A stretch of 64,000 nucleotides of DNA, from positions 1,248,001-1,312,000 of the forward strand of contig OZ241907.1 in NCBI GenBank assembly GCA_965203515.1, in the 5' to 3' direction. A program made the position numbers and the translations under genes. The first letter of the stretch is position 1; each line of letters opens with the position of its first letter. Below are positions 9,784 to 20,245 of this stretch, one piece after another. The stretch is from Spirochaetia bacterium (GTDB lineage: Bacteria > Spirochaetota > Spirochaetia > SZUA-6 > Bin103). The notes beneath the pieces are model-generated. The model saw nothing but the letters and a program-made list of their open reading frames with translations. It ran no database searches and was not told the origin of the DNA.

Positions 9784-10968
9784 ATGAAACGACTGATCGC
9801 GGGCGGCGTGCTGCTCGTCGTGCTCCAGGCCGGCGCAGCCTTTGCTCAGGACGTCAAGATCGGCGTGGTCCTCGGCTTCACCGGACCCATCGAATCGCTC
9901 ACCCCGGCCATGGCCGCCGGCGCCGAACTGGCCATCGCCGAAGTCAACGACAGCGGCGCCCTGCTCGACGGCCGGCAGGTCGCCTCCGTGCGCGGCGACT
10001 CCACCTGCACCGACTCGGCCGCCGCCGTCGCCGCCACCGAGCGCCTCATCACCTCCGACCGCGTCAACGCCATCGTCGGCGGCGACTGTTCCGGCGTCAC
10101 CATCGCCATGCTGCAGAACGTCGCCAAGGCCAACGGCATCGTCATGATCTCCCCCTCGGCCACTTCCCCGGCGCTCACCACCATCGAAGACGACGGCCTG
10201 TTCTTCCGCACCTCCCCCTCCGATGCCCGCCAGGGCGCGGTGATCGCCGACATCCTGGTCGAGATGCGGATCATGGATGCGGCCATGACCTACACCAACA
10301 ACGACTACGGCAAGGGTCTTGCCGACAGCATCCAGGCCAACCTGGAGCAGCTCGGCGGGAGCATCACCATCTCGGCCCCGCATGAGGACGGCAAGGGCGA
10401 TTACAGTTCGGAGGTGGCCGCCCTGGCGGCGGTCGGCGGGGACATCCTGATCGTGGCCGGGTATCTCGACCAGGGCGGCAAGGGGATCATTCAGGCGGCG
10501 ATCGATTCGGGCGCCTTCAGCCGCTTCTTCCTGCCGGACGGGATGATCGGCGAGAGCCTGACCGAGGCGATCGGCGCCGACCTGGACGGTTCGATCGGCA
10601 CCGCGCCGGGGACCGACAGTCCGGGGTCGGCGCAGTTGGACGAGTTGGTGGCGGCGGCCGGGCATACGAGCGGGCCGTTCGTGGGCGAGTCGTATGACGC
10701 GGCGGCGTTGCTGCTGTTGGCGATGCAGGCGGCCGGATCGGTCGACAGCGCCGACTTCAAGGGGCACGTGATGGCGGTCGCCAACGCGCCCGGCGAGCCG
10801 GTCTATCCGGGTGAGTTGGGCAAGGCGCTGGCGGTGCTGGCGGCCGGGGGCGACGTCGACTACGTGGGCGCCTCGGACGTGGAGCTGATCGATCCGGGCG
10901 AGAGCGCCGGCAGCTACCGGCACTACGAGGTGCGGGACGGCGTGTTCGAGACCGTGGGCTTCCGCTAG
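9784..10968 (+). CDS. Branched-chain amino acid-type ABC substrate-binding protein
   Basis: RBS AAGGAAGGA; signal peptide; VKIGVVLGFTGP, ISPSATSPALT, FFRTSPSD, NNDYGKG. Confidence 0.92.
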   Translation: MKRLIAGGVLLVVLQAGAAFAQDVKIGVVLGFTGPIESLTPAMAAGAELAIAEVNDSGALLDGRQVASVRGDSTCTDSAAAVAATERLITSDRVNAIVGGDCSGVTIAMLQNVAKANGIVMISPSATSPALTTIEDDGLFFRTSPSDARQGAVIADILVEMRIMDAAMTYTNNDYGKGLADSIQANLEQLGGSITISAPHEDGKGDYSSEVAALAAVGGDILIVAGYLDQGGKGIIQAAIDSGAFSRFFLPDGMIGESLTEAIGADLDGSIGTAPGTDSPGSAQLDELVAAAGHTSGPFVGESYDAAALLLLAMQAAGSVDSADFKGHVMAVANAPGEPVYPGELGKALAVLAAGGDVDYVGASDVELIDPGESAGSYRHYEVRDGVFETVGFR

Positions 10969-11070
10969 GCCAGAGATAGAGCCGGCATCGGCGCATGAGC
11001 GGGAACGGCGGCCCGTTGCGCTCATGCGCCCTTCCTGCGGCCGGTCGCAACGGCGTATCCTGGTGACCTC

Positions 11071-11104
11071 ATGATCGCCGTAGAAGAATGATCGCCGTAG
11101 AAGA
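11071..11104 (+). repeat. 17-bp tandem duplication of the livG start (ATGATCGCCGTAGAAGA x2)
   Basis: Read directly; the first ATG is out of frame with the gene. Confidence 0.95.
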
Positions 11105-11870
11105 CCTGCACATGCACTTCGGCGGCATCCGGGCCGTCGACGGGGCGTCGCTCGCCATCGAGAACGGCACCATCACCGGCCTCATCGGGCCCAACGGCGC
11201 CGGCAAGACCACGCTCTTCAACGTCATCGCCGGGGTCCACAAACCGACCTCCGGCCGCGTCTATCTCGACGGGCAGGACATCACCGGCCTGCCTCCTCAT
11301 CGGCTCTTCGCCAAGGGCGTGCTCCGCACCTTCCAGGTCGCGCAGGAGTTCTCCACGCTGACGGTGCGAGAGAACCTCATGACGGTACCGGGCGGCCAGT
11401 CCGGCGAACGCCTGCTCGACGTATGGCTGCGGCCGCAGAAGATCCGCGGCGAAGAGTCGGCGATTCGCGCCAAGGCGGACGAAGTCATCGAGTTCCTCAA
11501 GCTGGACGCGGTGGCCGGCGAGCGGGCCGGCAACCTGTCGGGAGGGCAGAAGAAGCTGCTGGAGCTCGGCCGCACGATGATGGCGGAACCGCGCGTGGTG
11601 CTGCTCGACGAAGTCGGCGCCGGCGTCAACCGCACCCTGTTGAAGGAGATCGCCGGCGCCATCCTGCGTCTCAACCTGCACCGCGATTACACCTTCTGCA
11701 TCATCGAGCACGACATGGAACTGATCTCGCTGCTGTGCGATCCGGTGATCGTCATGGCGGAAGGCAAGGTGCTGACGCAGGGGCCGGCCCCGGTGGTGCA
11801 GGCCGACGAACGGGTCATCGAAGCCTATCTCGGCGCGGGGCTCGTGACCCGGGCCGAGCGGCCGCGGTGA
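11088..11870 (+). CDS. livG: Branched-chain amino acid ABC ATPase (LivG-like)
   Basis: GPNGAGKTT, LSGGQKKLLELGR, IEHDM, VIEAYLG. Confidence 0.9.
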   Translation: MIAVEDLHMHFGGIRAVDGASLAIENGTITGLIGPNGAGKTTLFNVIAGVHKPTSGRVYLDGQDITGLPPHRLFAKGVLRTFQVAQEFSTLTVRENLMTVPGGQSGERLLDVWLRPQKIRGEESAIRAKADEVIEFLKLDAVAGERAGNLSGGQKKLLELGRTMMAEPRVVLLDEVGAGVNRTLLKEIAGAILRLNLHRDYTFCIIEHDMELISLLCDPVIVMAEGKVLTQGPAPVVQADERVIEAYLGAGLVTRAERPR

Positions 11871-11877
11871 GGACGCG

Positions 11878-12582
11878 ATGAGTCTGTTGGAAGGCGAAGC
11901 GCTGACCGGAGGCTACGGCGGCGTCGATATCCTGCGCGGCTGCTCCCTGGCCGTGGATCGAGGTGAGATCGCCGTGGTGGTGGGACCCAACGGCGCCGGC
12001 AAGTCGACCGCCATGAAGGCGCTGTTCGGCTTGCTGCGGCTGCGCGCCGGCAGCGTGCGCCTGGACGGCGAGGACATCACGGCGCTGGCGCCGCAGGCGC
12101 GGGCGCGCCGGGGCATGGGCTTCGTGCCGCAGACCGAGAACGTGTTCCGGTCGATGACCGTGCAGGAGAACCTGGAGATGGGCGCGTTCCTTCGCGAGGA
12201 CGACATCGCCGGCACCCTGCAGGAGGTCTATCACCTCTTTCCCGTACTGCGCGAGAAGCGGCGGCAGCCGGTCGGCGAACTGTCCGGCGGCCAGCGGCAG
12301 CAGGCGGCGATCGGCCGAGCCCTGATGAACCGCCCGCAGGTGCTGATGCTCGACGAGCCGACGGCCGGGGTGTCGCCGATCGTGATGCGGGAACTGTTCG
12401 AGCGCATCATCGACATCGCCCGCGGCGGCGTAGCGATCCTGATCGTCGAACAGAACGCCCGCCAGGCGCTCGCGCTGGCGGACACCGGATTCGTGCTGGT
12501 GCAGGGCCGCAACCGTCATACCGGCCCGGGCTCCGAACTGCTGGCGAATCCCGACATCCGCCGCTCCTTTCTGGGAGGCTGA
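11878..12582 (+). CDS. livF: Branched-chain amino acid ABC ATPase (LivF-like)
   Basis: GPNGAGKST, LSGGQRQ, LDEPTAG, VEQNA, C-terminal FLGG. Confidence 0.9.
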   Translation: MSLLEGEALTGGYGGVDILRGCSLAVDRGEIAVVVGPNGAGKSTAMKALFGLLRLRAGSVRLDGEDITALAPQARARRGMGFVPQTENVFRSMTVQENLEMGAFLREDDIAGTLQEVYHLFPVLREKRRQPVGELSGGQRQQAAIGRALMNRPQVLMLDEPTAGVSPIVMRELFERIIDIARGGVAILIVEQNARQALALADTGFVLVQGRNRHTGPGSELLANPDIRRSFLGG

Positions 12583-12709
12583 CCGCCCGCTTACCCGGCA
12601 GCAAGGACGCTTACGCAGCAAGCAGGGCGACCGACTTCGGCAGCCGTCCCCGTCTTGCCGGCGCGGGAGGCCGGCACGGATGGCGACGGCCGGCCCGGCG
12701 GCCCGGCGC

Positions 12710-14429
12710 CTAATCCGCCAGCTGCACCAGAAGCGGCTTGCCCGCCAGCGTTTGGCGCGCCCAATACAGGTTCTGGTATGGATCGTAGCCGCTCTCCGCC
12801 AGTCGTGCCGTGCCGGTCGCGCGGGTACCGCTGGCCGGCGCCGAAAACGTCACGGTCGGGACGAGGGTGTAGCCGCTCCCGCCGTTGGTGACCCTCACCG
12901 ACGCTATGCCGCTTTGCAGCACCGCGGTGCCGGCTGCCGTGGTGCCGCCGCCCGGCGCCGCCGAAAACGTCACGGTCGGGGCAGAAGTGTAGCCGCTTCC
13001 CCGGTTCGTGAACCTCACCGACGCTACGCCGTAGCGTATGACCGCGGTGCCGGCTGCCGTGGCGCCGCCACTCGGCGCTGCCCCAAAGGCCACGGTCGGG
13101 GCGGAGGTGTAGCCGCTACCCCCGGTCGTGACCATCACCGACGCTACGCCGCTTTGCAGCACCGCGGTGCCGGCTGCGCTGTTGCCGCCGCCTCCCGAAA
13201 ACGTCACGGACGGGGCAGACGTGTAGCCGCTCCCCCGGTTCGTGATCCTCACTTCCTCTACCCTGGTCGTCAATATCGTCACGCTCGCGGCCGCACCGCT
13301 GCCCCCTCCGCCCGAAAACGTCACGGACGGGGCGGAGGTGTAGCCGCTCCCCCGGTTCTCCCAGCTCAGGGTTTGCAGTGTACCGGCGCCGCTTATACTT
13401 GCTGTTGCGGTTGCCTGGGTGCCACCGGCCGGCGGAGCGCCAATCGTCACGGTCGGGGCGGACGTGTAACCGCTCCCCGTGCTCGTAATCAGCAATTGAC
13501 CCAATTCGGTGCGCCGCGTTGCGGTGCCGGTCGCGGTGGTGCCGCCGGACGGCGCCGCCCCAAACGTCACGGTGGGGTCAGAGGTATAGCCGACCCCCCG
13601 GTTCGTGATCGTCACTGACGCTACGCCGCTTTGCAGCACCGCGGTGCCGGCCGCGCTGTTGCCGCCGCCGCTCGAAAACGTCACGGAAGGGGCAGAAGTG
13701 TAGCCGCTCCCCGCAGTCCCGACCGTCACGGAATCGACGTACCCGGACCCCACTGCGGCGCCGGTTGCGGTGGTGCCGCCGGACGGCGGCGCCGAAAACG
13801 TCACGGTCGGAACCGCCGTGTAGCCGCTCCCGGCGGTCGTAACGTCCACCGAATCAACGCCGCTGGGCCTCACCGCGGTGCCGGTCGCGGTGGTACCGCC
13901 GGACGGCGGCGCCGAAAACGTCACGGTCGGGTCCGCCGCGTAGCCGCTCCCCGGGTTGGTGATGTGTACCGATTCAACCGTGTCGCCGACGACCAACCGA
14001 TCCTCGGCGGTGAGCACCAGCACCACTGCGCCGGCCCGCACCTCGGCGTCGACCGTCCACTCCGCGCCGGAGATGTCGGACGCGAAGACCGGCTTGGCGC
14101 TCGTGCTCGTGAACGGCAGCTCCTGTCCGTCGATCGAAACGCGCACCTTGCCGCCGGTGAGCCGCTCCCAGGCATACGGCGCGGAGCGGCTGGACGCGGC
14201 GCCCGTCAGGTCCGGTTCATCGTCACCAAAGTCAGCCGCGCCGATCGTCCAGGTCTTCTCGGCCGGCTGCGAAGTCGGCGGCGACTCGCTCGGGGGATTA
14301 CCCCCCCCCCCCCCCCCCCCCCTGGGCCGGGGCGGCGGGCGCGGAGGACGGGCGCGCCGCCGGCGCGCACGCCATCAGCGCGGCGATGCCGGCGGCCAGC
14401 AACAGCGATCCCAGCGATGCTCTACCCAA
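12710..14429 (-). pseudogene. Frameshifted (G22 tract) lipoprotein with 10 GSGYTSAPTVTF-type repeats; candidate phase-variable surface protein
   Basis: TTG at 14429 after GGAGGGG; lipobox-like ALMA-C; Gly7 then TAA at 14298-14300. Removing one G joins it in frame to GNPPSES...EKTWTIG...VRVSIDGQ (ORF 12710..14146); homologous to 52883..54367. Confidence 0.85.
14301..14322 (-). repeat. Poly-G tract (22 nt on coding strand)
   Basis: C22 on the + strand. Confidence 0.95.
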
Positions 14430-14505
14430 GATTCCCCTCCGGTGGCGTGTCCGCCCGTCGATCACGCGCCGGCCGCTGCCGGGCGATTGCGAGCCGGACC
14501 GCGGC

Positions 14506-14534
14506 ATGATAGCACGCGCTCCCAACGCTGACAA
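14506..14534 (-). promoter_or_regulatory. Sigma70 promoter of repeat lipoprotein copy 1
   Basis: TTGTCA-N17-TATCAT with extended TG; homologous sequence upstream of copy 2. Confidence 0.7.
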
Positions 14535-14657
14535 CCCGCGGATCCCGCCCACCCGGGTGACGAACGCCAGCCGGCGGGCGCCGGCGGCGGTTATCCGCTT
14601 GACGTGTCGTTCTCAAGCCGGTTGTCAGGCCGCCGCGCGACCGTCCAAGGTCGCGCC

Positions 14658-15530
14658 ATGACGACGCAGATCATCGACACGCACACCCACTTCTTCGATC
14701 CGCAGCGCCCGCAGGGGGTACCCTGGCCCAGCCCGGACAATCCCGACCTGTACCGCACGACGCTGCCGGAGCACTTCCTGGCGGCGGCGGCCCGGCACGG
14801 GGTGACCCACACGGTCGTGGTGGAGGCCAGCCCGTGGCTGGAGGACAACCAGTGGATCCTCGACCTTGCCGGCGACCCGCAGCGCGCCGGGCGGGCGGCG
14901 ATCGCCGGATTCGTGGGCAACCTGTCCTCCGAAGACGTCGATTTCCGTAGACACCTCGACCGGTTCTGCGCCCATCCCCTGTTCCGCGGCATCCGCCTGG
15001 GACGGGAGGCGGTGACCGGATGCGGCCGCGCGCCGCTGGTGGAGACCGTCCGCGCCTTGGCGGAACGCGAGTTGGCGCTCGACCTGCTGGTCGGCGCGGA
15101 CGAGCTGCCGGCGGTGGTCGATCTCTGCGACGCGGTGCCGGAGGCGCACCTGGTGATCGATCACGTCGGCCACGTGCGCATCGACGAGCGAGCGCCCGAC
15201 CCTGCCTGGTGCGCGGGCATGGCGGCGCTCGCCGGCGCCCCGCACGTCTACTGCAAGATCTCCGGTCTGGTGGAGCGGGCGGCGCCGAAGCCGGCGCCGG
15301 CCGACGTCACCTTCTACGAACCGACGCTCGACGCGCTCTGGGAACGCTTCGGCGCCGAACGCCTGCTGTACGCCAGCAACTGGCCGGTCTGCCGCGCGGC
15401 CGCTCCGTACGCGACGGTGTTCGCGATCGCGCAGGCGTACGTGGGACGGTACGGCCCGGACGCCGCGGCTCGCGTGTTCCGGGAGAACGCGATCGCCTGC
15501 TACCGGCTGCCGGCGCCGCTGCCCGCATAA
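14658..15530 (+). CDS. Amidohydrolase-family lactonase (L-fuconolactonase-like)
   Basis: IIDTHTHF, VIDH, CKISGL, RLLYASNWPV. Confidence 0.85.
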   Translation: MTTQIIDTHTHFFDPQRPQGVPWPSPDNPDLYRTTLPEHFLAAAARHGVTHTVVVEASPWLEDNQWILDLAGDPQRAGRAAIAGFVGNLSSEDVDFRRHLDRFCAHPLFRGIRLGREAVTGCGRAPLVETVRALAERELALDLLVGADELPAVVDLCDAVPEAHLVIDHVGHVRIDERAPDPAWCAGMAALAGAPHVYCKISGLVERAAPKPAPADVTFYEPTLDALWERFGAERLLYASNWPVCRAAAPYATVFAIAQAYVGRYGPDAAARVFRENAIACYRLPAPLPA

Positions 15531-15561
15531 CGGCAGCCGCAGACGGCAGCCCGCATCGGCG

Positions 15562-16356
15562 TCACGCCCGGAAGACGACGTGGGAGTTGCGCGGGATGAT
15601 GCGGGTCGGCGGCCCGCCGGCCGGAAAGGCGGCGGCCCATGCGGCCGGGTCGTAGTCGCGCGCGACGAAACACGCGTAGTGCGCGGGACACGCAAGGCCG
15701 GCCCGGCACCGCTGCGCCATGCGCACGCAGCCGTCGAAGTACGGGAACTCCCCTTCCGTGGGGTGGTTGGTGAGGAACGCCGCGGTCGGCTGCAAGGCGG
15801 CGACCGGCGCGGTGAGCGACTCGTGCTCGGCGAAGGTGTTGATCGGATCGCCGGTGAAGTAGAGCCGGTGCCGGCCGGCCTCGACCACGAAGCCCAGGTG
15901 GGTGGTGTCGGGCGGCGCGATGCCGGCGTCCGGGTCGCCGCCGGGCGGCTTGGCGTAGACCGCGTGCGCGGCCATGGTGCCGATCCGCACCCGTTCGCCG
16001 GCCGCGACCGCCGTGCATTGGGCGGGCGCGACCGGCGTCTCCGCGACGATCCGATCGATCGACTCCTGCGGGCCCAGATAGCGGGCGGCCGGCGCGGCGG
16101 CGTGCAGCCGCGCCAGCGTCTCGGGATCGGTGTGGTCGCCGTGCGCGTGGGTGAGCAGCACGAAGTCGGCCGGCCATGCCGCTTCGTCCATGGGCGGCTC
16201 GGCGTGGATGAAGCGGCCGGCGGGGCGATCGTGGGGCGAATAGGGGTCGACCAGGGTCAGGGTGCCGGCCGCATCGCGGACCGCAAAGCTGCTCTGCTCG
16301 AACCAGTGCACGGCGGCGGCGCCGTCCGGCACGGCGGTCTGAGTGAAGGGGTGCAT
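15562..16356 (-). CDS. MBL-fold metallo-hydrolase (UlaG-like)
   Basis: THAHGDH motif, YFTGD, PAHY. Confidence 0.85.
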   Translation of the reverse strand: MHPFTQTAVPDGAAAVHWFEQSSFAVRDAAGTLTLVDPYSPHDRPAGRFIHAEPPMDEAAWPADFVLLTHAHGDHTDPETLARLHAAAPAARYLGPQESIDRIVAETPVAPAQCTAVAAGERVRIGTMAAHAVYAKPPGGDPDAGIAPPDTTHLGFVVEAGRHRLYFTGDPINTFAEHESLTAPVAALQPTAAFLTNHPTEGEFPYFDGCVRMAQRCRAGLACPAHYACFVARDYDPAAWAAAFPAGGPPTRIIPRNSHVVFRA

Positions 16357-16380
16357 GCGGGACGCATAGCACGGCCCGCC

Positions 16381-17520
16381 TCAATCGTCCACGACCGATC
16401 CGTCCTCATGCAGGCGCGTCACGAACCGCCGCGGACGCGGCGGAATCCGCTCGGCGCCGGGCGCCAGCTCGATGCCGATGCCCGGTCCGTCCGGTACCAG
16501 CAGGTAGCCGTCGCGGACCGTCAGCGGCCGTGTGACGATGTCACGTTTGGGAGACACCTCCTCACCGGTCGGCAGCTCCTGGATGGCGAAGTTGGGGATG
16601 GCGGCGGCGAGCTGCACGCACGCCGCGGTGCTGACCGGGCTGAGCGGATTGTGCGGCACCACCTGGACGTGGAACGCCTCGGCCAGCGCGGCGATCTTCC
16701 TGGCGTGGGTGATGCCGCCGACCATGCAGACGTCGACCCGCGCAAACTGGACCGCCCCGCGCTGCAGCAGCGCCTGGAGCTCCCAAATCGTGTGCAGCCG
16801 CTCGCCGGTGGCGATCGGAATGTTGACGCGGCGCGCCACCTCGACCATCTCGTCGAGGTTGTCGGGCGTCACCGGGTCTTCGTAGAACATCGGGCGGTAG
16901 CCCTGAATCGCATCGGCAAACACGACCGCCTCCGCGGGCGTGAGACGGCGGTGGATCTCGATGCAGAGGTCGACCGCGTCGCCCACCGCTTCGCGGCACC
17001 GCGCCACGGTCTCCACCGCGTCCGCCATCTTGGCGGCATGCGTTCCCGGCGCGTACGGCCGGTCGCGCGGCACGTCGTAGAAGGGCGACAGGTGACCGAC
17101 CGCCGTGAAGCCGCGCTCCCTGGCGGCGATGCAGCCGTGCACCAGCTCTTCGCGGGTCTCGCCGAACACGTGGTAGTAGACGCGCGCCCGGTCGCGGCAG
17201 CGCCCGCCAAGGAGCTGGTAGACCGGGACGCCGAAGCGCTTGCCGGCGATGTCCCACAGCGCGATGTCGACGGCGCTCAGGGCGCCCATGACCGCTGCCC
17301 CCCGGAAGTGCAGAGATCGATACAGGTACTGCCAGTGGTGCTCGATGCGGAGCGGATCCTGCCCGATCAGGTACTCCCGCCAGCGATCGATGACCGCGCC
17401 GGACGCCTCCAGGTAGCCCCAGGTGCCGGATTCGCCCAACCCGGTGATGCCGGCGTCGGTCTCCACCAGCGCGTAGAGGTAGCGGTCGACGCGCAGCACG
17501 CGCACCGCAGTGATCTTCAT
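16381..17520 (-). CDS. dgoD: Enolase-superfamily acid-sugar dehydratase (galactonate dehydratase-like)
   Basis: VETDAGITGLGE, DIALWDIAGK, PIATGER, PHNPLSP, FAIQE; exact substrate uncertain. Confidence 0.75.
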   Translation of the reverse strand: MKITAVRVLRVDRYLYALVETDAGITGLGESGTWGYLEASGAVIDRWREYLIGQDPLRIEHHWQYLYRSLHFRGAAVMGALSAVDIALWDIAGKRFGVPVYQLLGGRCRDRARVYYHVFGETREELVHGCIAARERGFTAVGHLSPFYDVPRDRPYAPGTHAAKMADAVETVARCREAVGDAVDLCIEIHRRLTPAEAVVFADAIQGYRPMFYEDPVTPDNLDEMVEVARRVNIPIATGERLHTIWELQALLQRGAVQFARVDVCMVGGITHARKIAALAEAFHVQVVPHNPLSPVSTAACVQLAAAIPNFAIQELPTGEEVSPKRDIVTRPLTVRDGYLLVPDGPGIGIELAPGAERIPPRPRRFVTRLHEDGSVVDD

Positions 17521-17559
17521 CGTCTCGAACCTCCTGAAACGTCGTTTGCCCTCATCCCG

Positions 17560-18915
17560 TCACTGATCGCGGATGCCTTCGGCGATCGGGGTCGCCAGCG
17601 CGGCAAACACCGGCACGACTCCCAACAGCCCGCCCACGGCGAGCGCCGCGGCGATGCCGATGAGCACGCTGCCCGGCGAGATGACGCCGCCCAGGTCGGC
17701 GGCCGTCACGCCGCGTAAGACCGGCGCCACCAGCTCGGTGAGCGGACCGGACAGGAACCGGCTCAGGACCACGCCGAGCGCCGCCGCGGCGCCTACCAAG
17801 AGCAGCGACCGGGCCGCGAACTCGCGCAGGATCACCCCCTTCGAGGCCCCGAAGGCGCGGGCGATCGCGATCTGACGGCTCCGGCCCAGCACCTCCACCA
17901 GCATGATGCTGAGAATGCCCACGCAGCCGGTCACCAGCAACACGAAGCCCAACAGGTTCACCACCAGCGAGAAGGTCCGCACGGTCGAGCGCGCCTGGTC
18001 CAGGTCGGCGGTCGCCCCGCTCGGCTGCCCCTCCCACACCTCCACCGCGACGCCGTCGCCGTACTGCTGCGCCAGCGCGGCGCGCGCCTGACTCTCGATG
18101 GTCGCCACCTCACCTCCTTCGACGAGCAGCGCGACCCGCGACATCAGGTACCCCTCCATGAACGGCGCCGCCGCGCCGGGCACCACGGCGGCGGCGGGCA
18201 TCAGCATGTCAGCGATACCGTACGCACGGCGCTGCAGCTCGCCGGGGTCGGCGAACACGCCCCGCACCGTCACCGGCGGCGCCAGAGCGGCCCGAAGCTT
18301 GTCGATCCCCGCGTCGACCACCGCGTCGACCGCCGCGTCGACGTCCACGCCCGCCGGCATCGAGATCGTCGGGGTCGCCGGCATCGGCGGGCGGATGATC
18401 TGACCGATCGCGTCGACCGGCGACCCGAACAGCATCTCCGCCATCGTGGCGGAGACCAGCGCCTGGAGTTCCCCGGTCGCCGGCATCGCCGCGGTGAGGG
18501 GTGATCCGGCGATGAGCTGCAGGCCCATCACCTGCAGGTACGACTCGCCGACGCCCAGCACGCTTCGGACTTGGTAGGTGGCGCCGGCGATCTCGAATTC
18601 GGTCCAATCGGCCCTCGTCACCGGGCTCGCCGCGCGCGCGCCGGCGACGCCATGCAGGAGCGCGCCGACCACCTGCCGGTCGAACTGAAACGGTTTGACG
18701 GCCTCCAGTCCTCCGTGTGAGGCCCGTCGCGCGTTGGCGACCATGACCACGCGGCCGTCCCGTTCCAGGTGCTCGGCGATCGTCCGCGCAAAGGCGCTGC
18801 CGATCGACAGCGCGCAGATCAGCACGCCCACGCCCAGCCCTACCGTAGCCAGGGTGATGCACGACTTGACCGGGGAGCGCGCCAGGCTGGTCAGGACCGA
18901 TCGCAACGTCCGCAT
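17560..18915 (-). CDS. MacB/FtsX-family ABC permease
   Basis: N-terminal TM, large extracytoplasmic loop, GILSIMLVEVLGRSRQIAIARAFGAS, C-terminal PIAEGIR. Confidence 0.85.
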   Translation of the reverse strand: MRTLRSVLTSLARSPVKSCITLATVGLGVGVLICALSIGSAFARTIAEHLERDGRVVMVANARRASHGGLEAVKPFQFDRQVVGALLHGVAGARAASPVTRADWTEFEIAGATYQVRSVLGVGESYLQVMGLQLIAGSPLTAAMPATGELQALVSATMAEMLFGSPVDAIGQIIRPPMPATPTISMPAGVDVDAAVDAVVDAGIDKLRAALAPPVTVRGVFADPGELQRRAYGIADMLMPAAAVVPGAAAPFMEGYLMSRVALLVEGGEVATIESQARAALAQQYGDGVAVEVWEGQPSGATADLDQARSTVRTFSLVVNLLGFVLLVTGCVGILSIMLVEVLGRSRQIAIARAFGASKGVILREFAARSLLLVGAAAALGVVLSRFLSGPLTELVAPVLRGVTAADLGGVISPGSVLIGIAAALAVGGLLGVVPVFAALATPIAEGIRDQ

Positions 18916-18928
18916 CGGAGTGAGCGTC

Positions 18929-20245
18929 CTACTCGCAGCGGATCGCGTCGGCTGCCGGCAGCCGCGCCGCCGCGGCTGCCGGCAGCACGTTGCAGGCCGC
19001 GACGATCGTCCAGGCGGCCGCGACGCCGGCGACGACCAGACCGGCGTGCAGGGCGCCGAAGCCGATCGTCCGCTCCATCAGCCCGGACAGCAGCGCCGCC
19101 AGTCCCAGACCGGCGGCGGCCCCGGCCGCGCCGACGATGAGCGCCTCCAGAAAGAAGACGGCGAACACCTGCGGCACGCTGGCCCCCACCGCCTTGAGGA
19201 TGCCGACCGAGCGCTGCCGGCGTACGGCGCGGCTGTAGAAGATATTGGTCATGTTGACAGCGGCGATCAGCAGCGCCGACAGCGCCAGGAACAGGATGAT
19301 CGTCACCAGGCGACGGTATCGGTCGTTGATCGCTTCGTACACGTCCCGCGGGATGCTGATCGCCACGGCGCCCTCCCCGTAGACGGCGTCGAAGTGATTG
19401 GCAAGCTGCGCGCGAGCGTTGACCAGGTGATCGGGGTCGGCGACCGTGAATCGCAGGCTGGCGGCCATGGCCGCACCCTTGAACCCCCGGAATCGGTCGG
19501 CGGCAAGCGGCGCCGGCGTGAACGCCTGCTCGTCCTCCACCGTCCCGGTGGGAGCCAGCACGCCGATGATGCGGTAGAGACGGTCGAGCGACAGCACCTG
19601 CCGGTTCAGGGGCTGCCCATCCTCGAACAACGTCGATCCGGCGCGCGAGCCCAACACCAGCACCGGCTCGCCTCGACCCACGTCCTCATCGGTAAAGAGG
19701 CTGCCGGCCGCGGCGGTCAGGCCGCGCGCGGCGAAGAACTCCGGCGTCACTTCCCACCCAAGCAGGAGCTCCAGTTGCGGTTTTGGGCCGTCAGGCGTCG
19801 ACGCCGGCGGCTGGAAGAAGCCGGCCGACTCCTTCGCCGCCCCGGCGCCGCCCGATGTCTTGGCCGAGCCGGCCGGCGCCTTCAGCTCCCCCGGCAGCTC
19901 CCCCGGAAAGAAGACGGTCGGGTTCGACAGATAGGCGTACTGGACCGCCTCGGTCGCCGAGCGCGCGCGCTCCAGATCGTCGACGGTCAGCACCACGTCG
20001 GTCGCGGTCCGCACCCGCACCGGCAGCGCCATCGTCGAGGTGTCGGCGCGCGTGGCGACGACGATCTCGCGGAAGCGCGGCAGTTCCAGCATCTCCCGGG
20101 ACCGCGCCCGCGTGGTGCCGGCCAGCGTGAGACCGGCCGCGGTGGCGCCGATCGCCAGCGCCACGCCGAGCGCCAGCAGCAGCGATTCCGCCGGGCGGCC
20201 GAGCAGCGCCCGCACGCTCATGCGCAGGTCCTCGCGGAAGATCAC
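18929..20245 (-). CDS. MacB/FtsX-family ABC permease
   Basis: C-terminal part of ORF 18929..21511; GTG at 20245 overlaps the oxidase stop; VGILKAVGAS, LPAADAIR. Confidence 0.85.
   Translation of the reverse strand: MIFREDLRMSVRALLGRPAESLLLALGVALAIGATAAGLTLAGTTRARSREMLELPRFREIVVATRADTSTMALPVRVRTATDVVLTVDDLERARSATEAVQYAYLSNPTVFFPGELPGELKAPAGSAKTSGGAGAAKESAGFFQPPASTPDGPKPQLELLLGWEVTPEFFAARGLTAAAGSLFTDEDVGRGEPVLVLGSRAGSTLFEDGQPLNRQVLSLDRLYRIIGVLAPTGTVEDEQAFTPAPLAADRFRGFKGAAMAASLRFTVADPDHLVNARAQLANHFDAVYGEGAVAISIPRDVYEAINDRYRRLVTIILFLALSALLIAAVNMTNIFYSRAVRRQRSVGILKAVGASVPQVFAVFFLEALIVGAAGAAAGLGLAALLSGLMERTIGFGALHAGLVVAGVAAAWTIVAACNVLPAAAAARLPAADAIRCE

Noticed and set aside
12710..14000. Regularly spaced DNA repeats resembling a CRISPR array
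   Set aside because: The repeats are degenerate, in frame and encode protein repeats; there are no unique spacers and no cas genes.
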